Source of the DNA: an uncultured bacterium
GTDB taxonomy: Bacteria > Pseudomonadota > Alphaproteobacteria > Caulobacterales > Hyphomonadaceae
Length of the DNA: 64,000 nucleotides
Reading direction: 5' to 3'
NCBI GenBank assembly: GCA_942493305.1
Contig: OW818686.1
Coordinates: forward strand, 2,441,911 to 2,505,910
Part shown: positions 9,693 through 17,514 of the stretch, one piece after another
How the letters are laid out: the number at the start of each line of letters is the position of its first letter
How positions within the stretch are numbered: position 1 is the first letter of the stretch
Translations under genes and position numbers: made by a program
Notes under the pieces: model-generated
What the model was told of the DNA's origin: nothing
Database searches by the model: none
The model's input: only the letters and a program-made list of their open reading frames with translations

Positions 9693-10715
9693 TCATGCAT
9701 GGCGGACATGCGCCGCCAACGCCTCGACTTCGGACCGCTCCGTCGCCCACGAACAGACGAAGCGATGAGAGCCGTCAATCCAGGGATAGAAGGTGGCGCC
9801 GGAAGCCGTGAGATGCTCAGCAAGACCCGGCGGAAGATTGACGAACACCTCATTGCCATCAACCGGATGGGCCAGCGTCGCGCCAGCGGCTGTTAAGGCG
9901 GCGGCAAGACTGGTTGCTGAAGTGTTTGCGCGGCCCGCGAGCTCAAGCCACAGCCCGTCCTGCAGATAGGCCGACATTTGCGCGCCGAGGAACCGCATTT
10001 TCGGCGGCACGTGACCGGCGCGCTTGGCGCGCACCACCAGATCGCCGATGCGCTGGCGGGCCGCGCCGAACAGCACGATCGCTTCGCAGCCAAGCGCGCC
10101 ATTCTTGGTGGCGCCGAAGCAGACGACGTCAACGCCCGCGCGCCATGTCATCTCTGCGGGCGACGCGCCGGTGGAGACGAGCGCATTGGCGAGACGCGCG
10201 CCATCGAGATGCACGGCCAAGCCCGCTTCACGTGCGAGTGCGGCGCGCTCGGCGATCTCGAACGGGCGATAAGCCGCGCCGCATTCGGTGAGGTTGGAGA
10301 GGGAGAGGACGTGGGCCGGCGTCTCGTGCAGGAAGTCCGGCCGGTTCACCGCCAGCTTGCGGCGCAGGGCGGGAAGCTCGATGCGGGCGTGAGCGCCGGG
10401 GAGCAAGGAGAGCTTGCCGCCGCCGGTGAAGAATTCCGGCGCGCCGCGCTCGTCACGCTCGATGTGCGCTTCGTCGTGGCAGAGGATTGACCCGTGAGGC
10501 GGGCAGAGCGTTGCAAGCGCGAGCGCGTTCGCCGCCGTGCCGGAGGACACCAGCCAGACATCAAGATCGGTTTCGAACACATCGCGCAGGGCATTGCGTG
10601 CGCCAGCCGTCCACGGGTCGGCGCCATAGCTGGACGCGGGGCCTTTGGCGGCGGCGACGACTGCGTCGAGGATCGCAGGATGTGCCGGGGCGGCGGTGTC
10701 CGATGAAAAGTTCAT
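9693..10715 (-). CDS. ltaE: low-specificity L-threonine aldolase (PLP-dependent)
   Basis: Internal ATG at 10715 (MNFSSDTAAPAHPAILDAV...). Beta-eliminating-lyase/threonine-aldolase features are present: SGTAANALAL, CFGATKNG (PLP Lys region), and RFVCSWATE at the C-terminus. Confidence 0.85.
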   Translation of the reverse strand: MNFSSDTAAPAHPAILDAVVAAAKGPASSYGADPWTAGARNALRDVFETDLDVWLVSSGTAANALALATLCPPHGSILCHDEAHIERDERGAPEFFTGGGKLSLLPGAHARIELPALRRKLAVNRPDFLHETPAHVLSLSNLTECGAAYRPFEIAERAALAREAGLAVHLDGARLANALVSTGASPAEMTWRAGVDVVCFGATKNGALGCEAIVLFGAARQRIGDLVVRAKRAGHVPPKMRFLGAQMSAYLQDGLWLELAGRANTSATSLAAALTAAGATLAHPVDGNEVFVNLPPGLAEHLTASGATFYPWIDGSHRFVCSWATERSEVEALAAHVRHA

Positions 10716-11360
10716 TTGTGTCTCCGAGTTCCTGTGGAGCGGAAATCTCGGCTGCAGGCAAGCGGGTGCGGCCTCGCTGACAGGGCCAGCAAGGCAGTTG
10801 GCAGTGGAAAGCAGGTTGTTGTTGGGTGGAGCGCGGGCGTTTGCGAGCCCGCCCGCGTGGCTCGATCCTTCGACGGGCTCGCGATGAACGCGGGACTCCC
10901 TGCAGTCGCCGCTTACAATGAGGGCGACGCGCCGTTCTGAAGTCAGGGCGGCACGCTTCGCGATACGCGCGGCGTGGCGGCGGATGTGGGCTTCAGGGTC
11001 GCGGAGCCAGTCGGCGATGACCGCGAAGCGGCGTTTCATTTCGTAGGGGGTTTTGGGGCAAGGGCCGCCGTAATCGGCGGGCATGGGGTGGTCGACGAAA
11101 TCGGCGTCGTCGAGCGTCTTGCCGGCGAGCAGGAGAGCTGCGCCCTGGGCGAGCATCAAGTCGCGATGCCATTCGGATTGGCGGAGGCCAGCCCACGAGT
11201 CGCGCCATGTGGGTTTGAAGCGCGTGGTGCGGCGGATGGTGTTGAGTTTTGCGATGCGATCGAGAAGAGCAGCGAGCCACGCGACAAGCATGGCGACAGG
11301 CGCGAGCCAGTTGAGGCTCGCGTTGGTGTCGTGTTCGGGCTGGTGTGCTTCGAACTGCAT
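10716..11360 (-). CDS. hypothetical protein, repeat-borne paralog B (3' end undefined: no stop before ltaE)
   Basis: MQFEAHQPEHDTNASLNW... starts at 11360. The frame stays open into the ltaE ATG at 10715, so the track shows a single 555-aa ORF. The homologous part ends near 10820. Confidence 0.4.
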
Positions 11361-11520
11361 GGGCTGCAGTGTAAGTGTGCGGTGTACCCGGCCGAATCTG
11401 GATGCAGGCTTCCCTCAAGATTTGAGACGAGGGGTTTGAAAGGATGGGGGAAACGGATTCTGCTTCCTCCGGATCTGGACAATGACTTTCCCCCGAGTTT
11501 GCCACATTGGACCGCCGGGC
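10785..11520 (-). repeat. Copy B of the ~730-bp diverged inverted repeat (partner 1748..2475)
   Basis: The reverse complement aligns with 1748..2475. This includes ~160 bp upstream of the ORF and the GCGAGCCCG...CGGGCTCGC hairpin near the 3' end. Confidence 0.85.
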
Positions 11521-11617
11521 TCCTGCCCGGCAGTCGCTGTGCAGCAGCGACCGTGTCGCGCCGCTGACGCGTCGCGCTGCCGGGCGGGAGCCCGGCGGTC
11601 CGCAGTGCGTGTGTCTG

Positions 11618-11650
11618 GCGCGGGGAACGCATCTGCAGGCAGACGCTTTC
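11618..11650. repeat. short REP element GCGCGGGGAACGC(A/G)TCTGCA(A)GGCAGACGCTT
   Basis: A near-identical copy lies at 24938..24972. It contains the hairpin GCGTCTGC..GCAGACGC. Both copies are intergenic. Confidence 0.7.
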
Positions 11651-11776
11651 GGAACAGCGCCGGACCCGGCGCTCCCTCAGCCGGTCCAGCGCACGCGTGG
11701 CTTTGGCGAAGACGTCGGCGCGTGTAGCTGCTGGGTTCCAGATCGTACGCTTTGCGCACGTCCAGAATGAAAGTGA

Positions 11777-12673
11777 TCAGGCGTTCTGTTTCGACGCGGC
11801 GCTCAGGGCGCCGATACCTAGCCACCAGCCGATGACGAAGCTGAGGCCGTAGCCGGCGAGGGGGACGGGGTAGGCGCCGAGTTGGGAGGCGAAGGTGACG
11901 GCGGCGAAGTAGCTTGCCAGGGCGAAGGCAGGCGCGCGGGCCGAGGTCGATTGCAACAGCAACGGGCTGGCGGCCGTGATGGCGATGGCGGCGGCGAGCG
12001 CAATGGCGAAGGGCGGCGACTGGCTGTTGGCGAGTTGCAGGATGCCTTCGACGTGTTCGACGGGGCTAAGCGGATCGGGGCGGAAGAGGCAGACCGTGAT
12101 CGCGATGGCGGAGAGAACGAGCGCGATGAGGAAGCCGCGCAGGCGGAAGCGGAACGTGGCGAGGACGATGGCGGCGAGGCTGAAGCCGGCAAGCTGGGAG
12201 ATGTCCGGCTGCCAGGCGAGGATGCCGGCGATGGGCACGAAGCAGATGATGCTGAGCCATGCAGGCGTGCGCGTGAAGGCGGCGATGGCGACGGGCAGGA
12301 CGAGGGCGGCGGCGTTGAGCTGGGCCACGCCGATATCGAGCCAGCGGCGCACGCCTTCCTGATCGGGACCGATCAGGCTGAGGCCGATGGCGATGAGAGC
12401 GATGGGGGCGGCGGCAATCGCGACGACGCCGAAACGGGCGAGCAGCAGGCCAAGCACGCAGGCGACGATCCAGGCGATGGGATTGCGGATCCAGACGCCG
12501 AGCGGGATATCGGCCTGCATCATCACGATGGCGCCGAGCGCGACGGCGGCAAGCGAGGCGGCGCCGAAGACGATGGCGCTGCGCCAGCGGAGCTTGTGCG
12601 CCTTGGCGGCTTCCACCCCTGGGGCGACGCCGACCGGCGTGCTGCCGACCGTTTCGTATTCGATGTCGTTCAC
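11777..12673 (-). CDS. polytopic integral membrane protein (hypothetical)
   Basis: 298 aa with a GTG start at 12673 and GGAG 7 nt upstream. About 8-9 hydrophobic helices, rich in A/L/I/G. No family recognised. Confidence 0.7.
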   Translation of the reverse strand: MNDIEYETVGSTPVGVAPGVEAAKAHKLRWRSAIVFGAASLAAVALGAIVMMQADIPLGVWIRNPIAWIVACVLGLLLARFGVVAIAAAPIALIAIGLSLIGPDQEGVRRWLDIGVAQLNAAALVLPVAIAAFTRTPAWLSIICFVPIAGILAWQPDISQLAGFSLAAIVLATFRFRLRGFLIALVLSAIAITVCLFRPDPLSPVEHVEGILQLANSQSPPFAIALAAAIAITAASPLLLQSTSARAPAFALASYFAAVTFASQLGAYPVPLAGYGLSFVIGWWLGIGALSAASKQNA

Positions 12674-12720
12674 ACGCTACTCCATCGCCAGCCGTCGATG
12701 GAGTTGTGGAAGGCCTCGCG

Positions 12721-12754
12721 CAAAAAAGAAAGACGCGCTTCGAGGAAGCGCGCC
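12721..12754 (-). terminator. intrinsic terminator (minus strand), 47 nt upstream of the 12673 start codon
   Basis: The minus-sense RNA reads GGCGCGCUUC-CUC-GAAGCGCGUC followed by UUUCUUUUUUG. This is a 10-bp GC-rich stem with one G.U pair. Confidence 0.7.
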
Positions 12755-12925
12755 TTTCCCATTACTCTACTTGTACTCTACGCGGCCGATCGAACTACGC
12801 GAATCGGCCAGCTCCACTTACGCATACGCCCGAGGGGCAGGCGAGCACCGCATGCAGCGATAACTGCTGAGCGATGTGCGGCGTGGGGACGCGATCCGGT
12901 ACGCAACGCTACTCTACAAAACAAA
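12755..12925 (-). promoter_or_regulatory. candidate structured leader or small RNA between the phaP terminator and the 12721..12754 terminator
   Basis: A locally AT-richer stretch carrying three copies of TACTCTAC (12763, 12774, 12910 on +). It contains the internal hairpin GGCCGAT-N12-ATCGGCC and ends in a strong terminator. No convincing ORF. Confidence 0.3.
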
Positions 12926-12967
12926 CGGGCGCGGAGCAGGTTACCCAACTCAACGCGCCCTTTGTAT
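12916..12967 (-). terminator. probable phaP terminator (possibly bidirectional)
   Basis: GGGCGCG-N20-CGCGCCC is followed on the minus sense by GUUUGUUUUGU and on the plus sense by UUUGUAU. The loop is large, so confidence is only moderate. Confidence 0.45.
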
Positions 12968-13028
12968 GGTCAGTCGTCTGACCGCCGGACCGCGTGTTTC
13001 GGGTCCGGGGGTCTCGCGGAGAAAACCG

Positions 13029-13457
13029 TTAAGCGGCTTTCCGGGCGGATTTGACAGCAGCCTTGGTCTGGGCGGCAGCTTCTTCAACAACCTTCGGCGT
13101 GATGGCGACGACGGTGTCGAGCAGGTCGGTCTGGGCTTTCTTGGCGACTTCGGCGTAGGCCATCAGACGGGCCGGGATGTCCTGCATCGTGGACTGGGCC
13201 AGTTCGCCGGCTTTCTTGGCGTAGTCGGTCGGCTGGGCTTCCGGCGTCATGAGCGTCGTCGCGTCCTTGGCGGCGTCGGTCATCCAGGCGGTCGTCAGCT
13301 CAACGTTCTTGTTGAGGGCTTCGATCGCGACAGCGCGATATTTGGCCTGCATGTCAGCGAAGGCTTTCAGCGGCGCCGCGTTGGCGAAATCCGGCATGAA
13401 TTTGGTGAATTGTTCCATGTTCTTGTTGAAGTCGAACATATCGGACATCGGGTTCAT
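13029..13457 (-). CDS. phaP: phasin (PHA granule-associated protein)
   Basis: 142 aa, Ala/Lys/Glu-rich and all-helical, with the phasin_2-type N-terminus FDFNKNMEQFTKF. It sits directly downstream of phaC on the same strand, with phaR nearby. Confidence 0.85.
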   Translation of the reverse strand: MNPMSDMFDFNKNMEQFTKFMPDFANAAPLKAFADMQAKYRAVAIEALNKNVELTTAWMTDAAKDATTLMTPEAQPTDYAKKAGELAQSTMQDIPARLMAYAEVAKKAQTDLLDTVVAITPKVVEEAAAQTKAAVKSARKAA

Positions 13458-13493
13458 TTGGAGGCTCCTAGCGGCTGTTCGTCGTTGACAACC

Positions 13494-13522
13494 ATCTAAT
13501 GCCGCAGCGCGGCAAAGACAAG
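13494..13522 (-). promoter_or_regulatory. putative phaP promoter with embedded palindromic operator (candidate PhaR site)
   Basis: The minus sense reads CTTGTC-N17-TTAGAT. The 17-nt spacer contains the palindrome TGCCGC-GCU-GCGGCA (13500..13514). More TGC/GCA-rich boxes (TTGCCGCAG, ACTGCAGG) lie at 13530..13560. Confidence 0.45.
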
Positions 13523-13618
13523 ATTAATTTTGCCGCAGGCGCGAAAAAGATACTGCAGGTGCGAAGCCGACGTTAGGCTGACGTTAGGGAATTAACGGCG
13601 CTGCCGCAGGGGATTTGG

Positions 13619-13648
13619 GGCAGTAGGCAGTAGGCAGTAGGCAGTCGG
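13619..13648. repeat. tandem heptamer (GGCAGTA)x3 + GGCAGTCGG
   Basis: The direct read is ggcagtaggcagtaggcagtaggcagtcgg. A related GGCAGTCGGCAATCGGCAGTCGG lies at 48161..48183. Confidence 0.85.
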
Positions 13649-13672
13649 GATTGGGATCTAACTGCCCGTCGC

Positions 13673-15460
13673 CTATTCGCGCACGTAGCGACCTGGCGCC
13701 GGCTCAAGGCGCGGCGTCGATTTCGGGAAGCTCTCGTCGGCGGTGACTTTCTTGCCGGAGCGCTTCGACAGCCATTGCACCCAATCCGGCCACCAGGAGC
13801 CGTCGTGGGCTTCGGTGCCGGCGCGCCAGGCGTCGAGGTCTTCGCCGGGGTCTGCGTCCGAGACCCAGTAGCCATACTTGTTCTTGGCCGGCGGGTTCAC
13901 GATGCCGGCGATATGGCCGGACTGCGCCAGCACGAAGCGGCCGCCGCCCTTGAGGCGCGTGAGGCCCTTGAATGAGGCCGTCCATGGCGCGATGTGGTCC
14001 TTCTCGCAGGCGACCACGTAGTGCGGGATCTTGATGTCATCGAGGCCGATCTTCTCGCCCTCGATCTCGAACTCGCCCTTGGCGAAGACGTTGTCGCGAT
14101 AAAGCAGGGTCAGGTACTCGCGGGCCATGCGCTCGGGCAGGCGGGTAGAGTCCTCGTTCCAGAAAAGCAGATCGAATTTCGGACGCGCTTCGCCGAGGAG
14201 GTAGGCCTTTACGGCCGGGCCATAGACGAGATCGTTGGGGCGCAGGTAGCTGAAGGTGCGCGCCATGATGCGCTGGTCGAGATAGCCCTTGCGATGGGCC
14301 TCGACCATGATGCCGGAGATGAAGCCCTCGTCGATGAAGGACTTCATCGGGCCGGGGTCCTCGAAGTCTGTCAGCGCGGTGAAGAAGGTGACCGACTTGG
14401 CGGGGTTGTCCTGTTTCGTCCTGGCGAGCCAGGCCTGCGTGAGGGCCAGCGTGGTGCCGCCGATGCAGTAGCCGACGACGTTGACGCCGTCATTGCCATG
14501 CAGCTCGTTCACACGCTGCATCGCAGGCAGGACGCCCTGCGTGACATAGCTGTCCATGCCGTATTCGCGCAGGTCCTCGCGCGGGTTCTTCCACGACACG
14601 ATGTAGACGGCGAAGCCCTGATCGGTGAGCCATTTGACCAGCGAGGACTTCGCCTGAAGGTCGAGGATGTAGAACTTGTTGATCCAGGGGGGGATGAGGA
14701 GGAGGGGGCGGGCGTAGACCTTCTCGGTGGCGGGCTGGTAGCGGATCAGCTGGAACAGCGGCGTCTCGTGGACGACGTGGCCCTGCGAGGTGGCGAGGGT
14801 GTCGCCGACCTGGAAGGCCTCGGGGTCGGACAGGGTGACGAGCAGGTCGCCGCCATTGCGCTCGATGTCCTTCACCAGGTTCTCGAGGCCCTCGACCAGC
14901 GAGCGGCCGTTGGTCTCCACCGCCTTCCTCAGCGCCACGGGATTCGAGGCAAGGAAGTTGGAGGGGGAGAACATGTCCACCAGCTGGTGGGTGAAGAAGT
15001 GGATCTGCTCGGAATGCTTGTCGTCCTCGCCCTCCGAGGCCGAGTCGGCCAGGCTTTCGAGGTAAGCCGACATGATCTGGTACTGGCGTTTCAGGTAGTA
15101 GAAGAACGGGTGCTTGTCCCATTCGGCGTCGGAGAAGCGGGCGTCGGCGGGGCTTTCCTCCTGCGCCTTCGCCATGGTCTGCGCGCCGGAGAGCATGGCC
15201 TGCGTGAGTTCGGCGTAGAGCGCGGTCGAGTTCTGCCAGAACTGGATCTGGGTGTTCAGCGCCTTCATCGGATTGCTGGCCCAGCTCTGCGCCTGACCCA
15301 TCGCGGCGCGAAGGAAGAGCGGCTGGCCGGGACCTTCGACGCCCGGGTTGCGGACCTCGCGGCGGGACAACGCCAGGAAGAGCCGCTGGAGCAGGAAGTT
15401 TATTCGCTGAAAATTCTGGCTCAGTTCGAACGCGCCGAGTGAGCCGGTCTGGTCGTTCAT
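13673..15460 (-). CDS. phaC: class I poly(R)-hydroxyalkanoate synthase
   Basis: Lipase-box variant GYCIGGT, conserved WNEDSTRLPERM, and HIAGIVNPP near the C-terminus. ATG at 15460 is chosen (MNDQTGSL...), but an upstream start up to 15565 is possible. Confidence 0.9.
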   Translation of the reverse strand: MNDQTGSLGAFELSQNFQRINFLLQRLFLALSRREVRNPGVEGPGQPLFLRAAMGQAQSWASNPMKALNTQIQFWQNSTALYAELTQAMLSGAQTMAKAQEESPADARFSDAEWDKHPFFYYLKRQYQIMSAYLESLADSASEGEDDKHSEQIHFFTHQLVDMFSPSNFLASNPVALRKAVETNGRSLVEGLENLVKDIERNGGDLLVTLSDPEAFQVGDTLATSQGHVVHETPLFQLIRYQPATEKVYARPLLLIPPWINKFYILDLQAKSSLVKWLTDQGFAVYIVSWKNPREDLREYGMDSYVTQGVLPAMQRVNELHGNDGVNVVGYCIGGTTLALTQAWLARTKQDNPAKSVTFFTALTDFEDPGPMKSFIDEGFISGIMVEAHRKGYLDQRIMARTFSYLRPNDLVYGPAVKAYLLGEARPKFDLLFWNEDSTRLPERMAREYLTLLYRDNVFAKGEFEIEGEKIGLDDIKIPHYVVACEKDHIAPWTASFKGLTRLKGGGRFVLAQSGHIAGIVNPPAKNKYGYWVSDADPGEDLDAWRAGTEAHDGSWWPDWVQWLSKRSGKKVTADESFPKSTPRLEPAPGRYVRE

Positions 15461-15712
15461 GTCATGCCCGAAAACGTTTCCTGTCTGATAGGTAACACCG
15501 TGCCGGGAGCGGTCAAACGCCATATTACCAAACGACTTTTCAGCGTTCGCGCGAACAGCTCTCAATGCGTTCGCGCGCGGCGCCGCACAATGTTTTGACG
15601 CCCTGCGGCAATTCCGGGCTTCGTGAATCGAAAGGAGCCGTGTAGAGGGGCTTTGGGGGATTGCTGCATCTGCTAACTTTGCATTGCCCCACGACCGGAG
15701 AAGCCCTCTTTC

Positions 15713-16570
15713 ATGCAGATCGGCTCCCTAGCCCGCTGGAAGAAACGCGATGCGCCCATCTGGGAGGGTGAGCTGTTCACCGTGTCCGTCGAGGGCGAAG
15801 GACGCGACGTCATTCTGCTGCACGGCCTGGCAGCGTCGCCGGAATGCTGGGACGAGACAAAAGAACACCTCGGACGGGCCGTGCGCCTTCACAAGGTTCA
15901 CATGCGGGGTTTTGCGGGCCTCGCGCCAACCGCGTTCCGCGACCCGATGAACTTCCTGAAGCCCATGGCCGATGCGCTGGCGGGCTATATCCGCTCGCAG
16001 GGCCTGGGACCGGTGGCTGTCGCTGGCCATTCCATGGGTGGAATTGTTTCGCTGATCCTGGCGCGGGATCATGCCGACGTCGTCGAGCGCCTGATGGTCG
16101 TCGACGTTCCGGCATTCTTCTCCGTGCTGATCAACCCGTTTGCCTCGCCCGGCATGATGTCCCATTTCGCGCAGCATTCGCGCCACAGCTATATCGACAA
16201 GTCGAAGGCCGACCTGCTGTCCGACCTGCGCCGGACGAGCGAGAAGCTGGTGACGGATCCCGTCCAGATCGAGCGCCTTGTGCGCTGGGGCGTGGCGTCC
16301 GACCGCCGCACGACGGCCGATGTCATGGCCGAGGTGATGGTGACCGACCTGCGCGGCGACCTGCAGCGCATCAAGGCGCCGGTGGATGTGATCTACACAT
16401 GGGACCGGGTAAGCCCCATGTCCAAGCTTGGCGCTGACCAGGTTTATGCCTCCGCCTATGCTGGCCTTGCGAACGGCCGCCGGCAGCGCATCGACGACGC
16501 GCGGCACTTTGTGATGTTCGACCAGCCTGCGCTGTTTTACGGCGCCGTACAGTCGTGGCTGGCGCGATAG
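15713..16570 (+). CDS. alpha/beta-fold hydrolase
   Basis: Nucleophile elbow GHSMGG, oxyanion-hole region VILLHGL, and a late His (ARHFVMFDQP). It sits between phaC and phaR, so a PHA-related esterase is possible but unproven. Confidence 0.85.
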   Translation: MQIGSLARWKKRDAPIWEGELFTVSVEGEGRDVILLHGLAASPECWDETKEHLGRAVRLHKVHMRGFAGLAPTAFRDPMNFLKPMADALAGYIRSQGLGPVAVAGHSMGGIVSLILARDHADVVERLMVVDVPAFFSVLINPFASPGMMSHFAQHSRHSYIDKSKADLLSDLRRTSEKLVTDPVQIERLVRWGVASDRRTTADVMAEVMVTDLRGDLQRIKAPVDVIYTWDRVSPMSKLGADQVYASAYAGLANGRRQRIDDARHFVMFDQPALFYGAVQSWLAR

Positions 16571-16600
16571 GGTCTGGAAACTGAAAACGGCGATACGACC

Positions 16601-17218
16601 ATGAGCGAACCTGAAACCATCGAACTGCGCCGCTATCCCAGCCGCAAGCTCTATAACAAGAACGCATCCAGCTATGTGCGCCTGCCGGAAGTGGCCGAGA
16701 TGGTCCGCAACGGCGCGAACATCCGCGTCGAAGACACGGAGACCGGCGAGGACGTGACCCGTCAGGTCCTGCTGCAGATCATCATGGACCAGGAAGGCAA
16801 GACGGCGGGCGCTATGCTCTCCGCCGACCTGATGATGGACATGATCCGCCTGCACCAGTCCAAGGCGAGCGAGATGATGACGGGGCTGTTCGAGCAGTCG
16901 GTCGCCTTCATCCGCGCGCAGCAGGAGCAGCTGGCCAGCCAGATGACGGGAGCGATGTCGGGCGCGATGGGCGGCCAGCCGTGGAATGTGTTCGATCCCG
17001 CCGCGATGCAGGAGATGCAGCGCGAATACCAGAAGCGCCTCGCCAGCTTCTGGACCGGCGCGATCCCGGGAATGCCGGGCATGACGCCGGTCGCCGCCGT
17101 CGCGCCGAAAGCCCCCGAGCCGAAGAAGCCCGAGCCGACAGCCGCCAACGATGCCGAAGAGCTGAAGGCCCTGCGTGCGCGTCTGGAAGAGCTTGAGAAG
17201 AAGGCGTCGAAGAAGTAG
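16601..17218 (+). CDS. phaR: polyhydroxyalkanoate synthesis repressor PhaR
   Basis: The N-terminus IELRRYPSRKLYNKNASSYVRLPEVAEMVRNG...VEDTETGEDVTRQVLLQIIMDQE is the canonical PhaR DNA-binding region. Confidence 0.9.
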   Translation: MSEPETIELRRYPSRKLYNKNASSYVRLPEVAEMVRNGANIRVEDTETGEDVTRQVLLQIIMDQEGKTAGAMLSADLMMDMIRLHQSKASEMMTGLFEQSVAFIRAQQEQLASQMTGAMSGAMGGQPWNVFDPAAMQEMQREYQKRLASFWTGAIPGMPGMTPVAAVAPKAPEPKKPEPTAANDAEELKALRARLEELEKKASKK

Positions 17219-17238
17219 GCGGCAAGCGCCCCTGCTTT

Positions 17239-17514
17239 TCAGCGCGCTTTCACTTTCTGCTTTGGCGTGGGGGCTGCGCGCGTCTTGGCCTCGAACCGGG
17301 GTTTGGGCATGAGGCGGAAGCGCGTCTGACACCACGCAAACCCGACGCCGACATCCAGCAAGGCATCGGAGCGCCCGCAGGGGCAGGCAAACTCCATCAC
17401 CTCCAGCACCCGATACGACTCGCCCGCCACCAGTGGCACGGGCTCGCCCGTCACATGGTTCGGCGCAACGTTGACGCAAAGCACCAGATCGCCAGGGCCG
17501 ACAGCGTAGCTCAT
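17239..17514 (-). CDS. small hypothetical protein (91 aa)
   Basis: The ORF has balanced composition, a CPCG motif and a basic tail. No family recognised. Confidence 0.45.
   Translation of the reverse strand: MSYAVGPGDLVLCVNVAPNHVTGEPVPLVAGESYRVLEVMEFACPCGRSDALLDVGVGFAWCQTRFRLMPKPRFEAKTRAAPTPKQKVKAR

Noticed and set aside
10855-10895. tRNA-like fragment (GTGGCTCGATCCTTCGAC resembles a T-arm GGTTCGA(A/T)TCC) inside the repeat, considered as a possible att site or tRNA remnant. The equivalent in copy A lies at ~2395..2435.
   Set aside because: The flanking bases do not form a 5-bp T-stem, and there is no acceptor stem or anticodon arm. The sequence is better explained as the loop of the GCGAGCCCG/CGGGCTCGC hairpin.
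1748-11520. Interpretation of the inverted repeats as a composite transposon or IS pair.
   Set aside because: No transposase or integrase motifs (DDE, HUH, tyrosine or serine recombinase) are recognisable in the repeat ORF. I found no short terminal inverted repeats or target-site duplication at the boundaries. About 15% divergence argues against recent transposition. It is kept as a finding only as a paralogous inverted repeat.
12900-12925. Possible yybP-ykoY (Mn2+) riboswitch, because the leader begins ...GUAGAGUAGCG, reminiscent of the conserved GGGGAGUAGC.
   Set aside because: Only this 8-9-nt resemblance exists. I could not find the partner conserved segments or the four-way-junction pairing. 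The fluoride (GGCGATGG at ~12690), TPP, cobalamin, glycine and ZTP cores are likewise absent.
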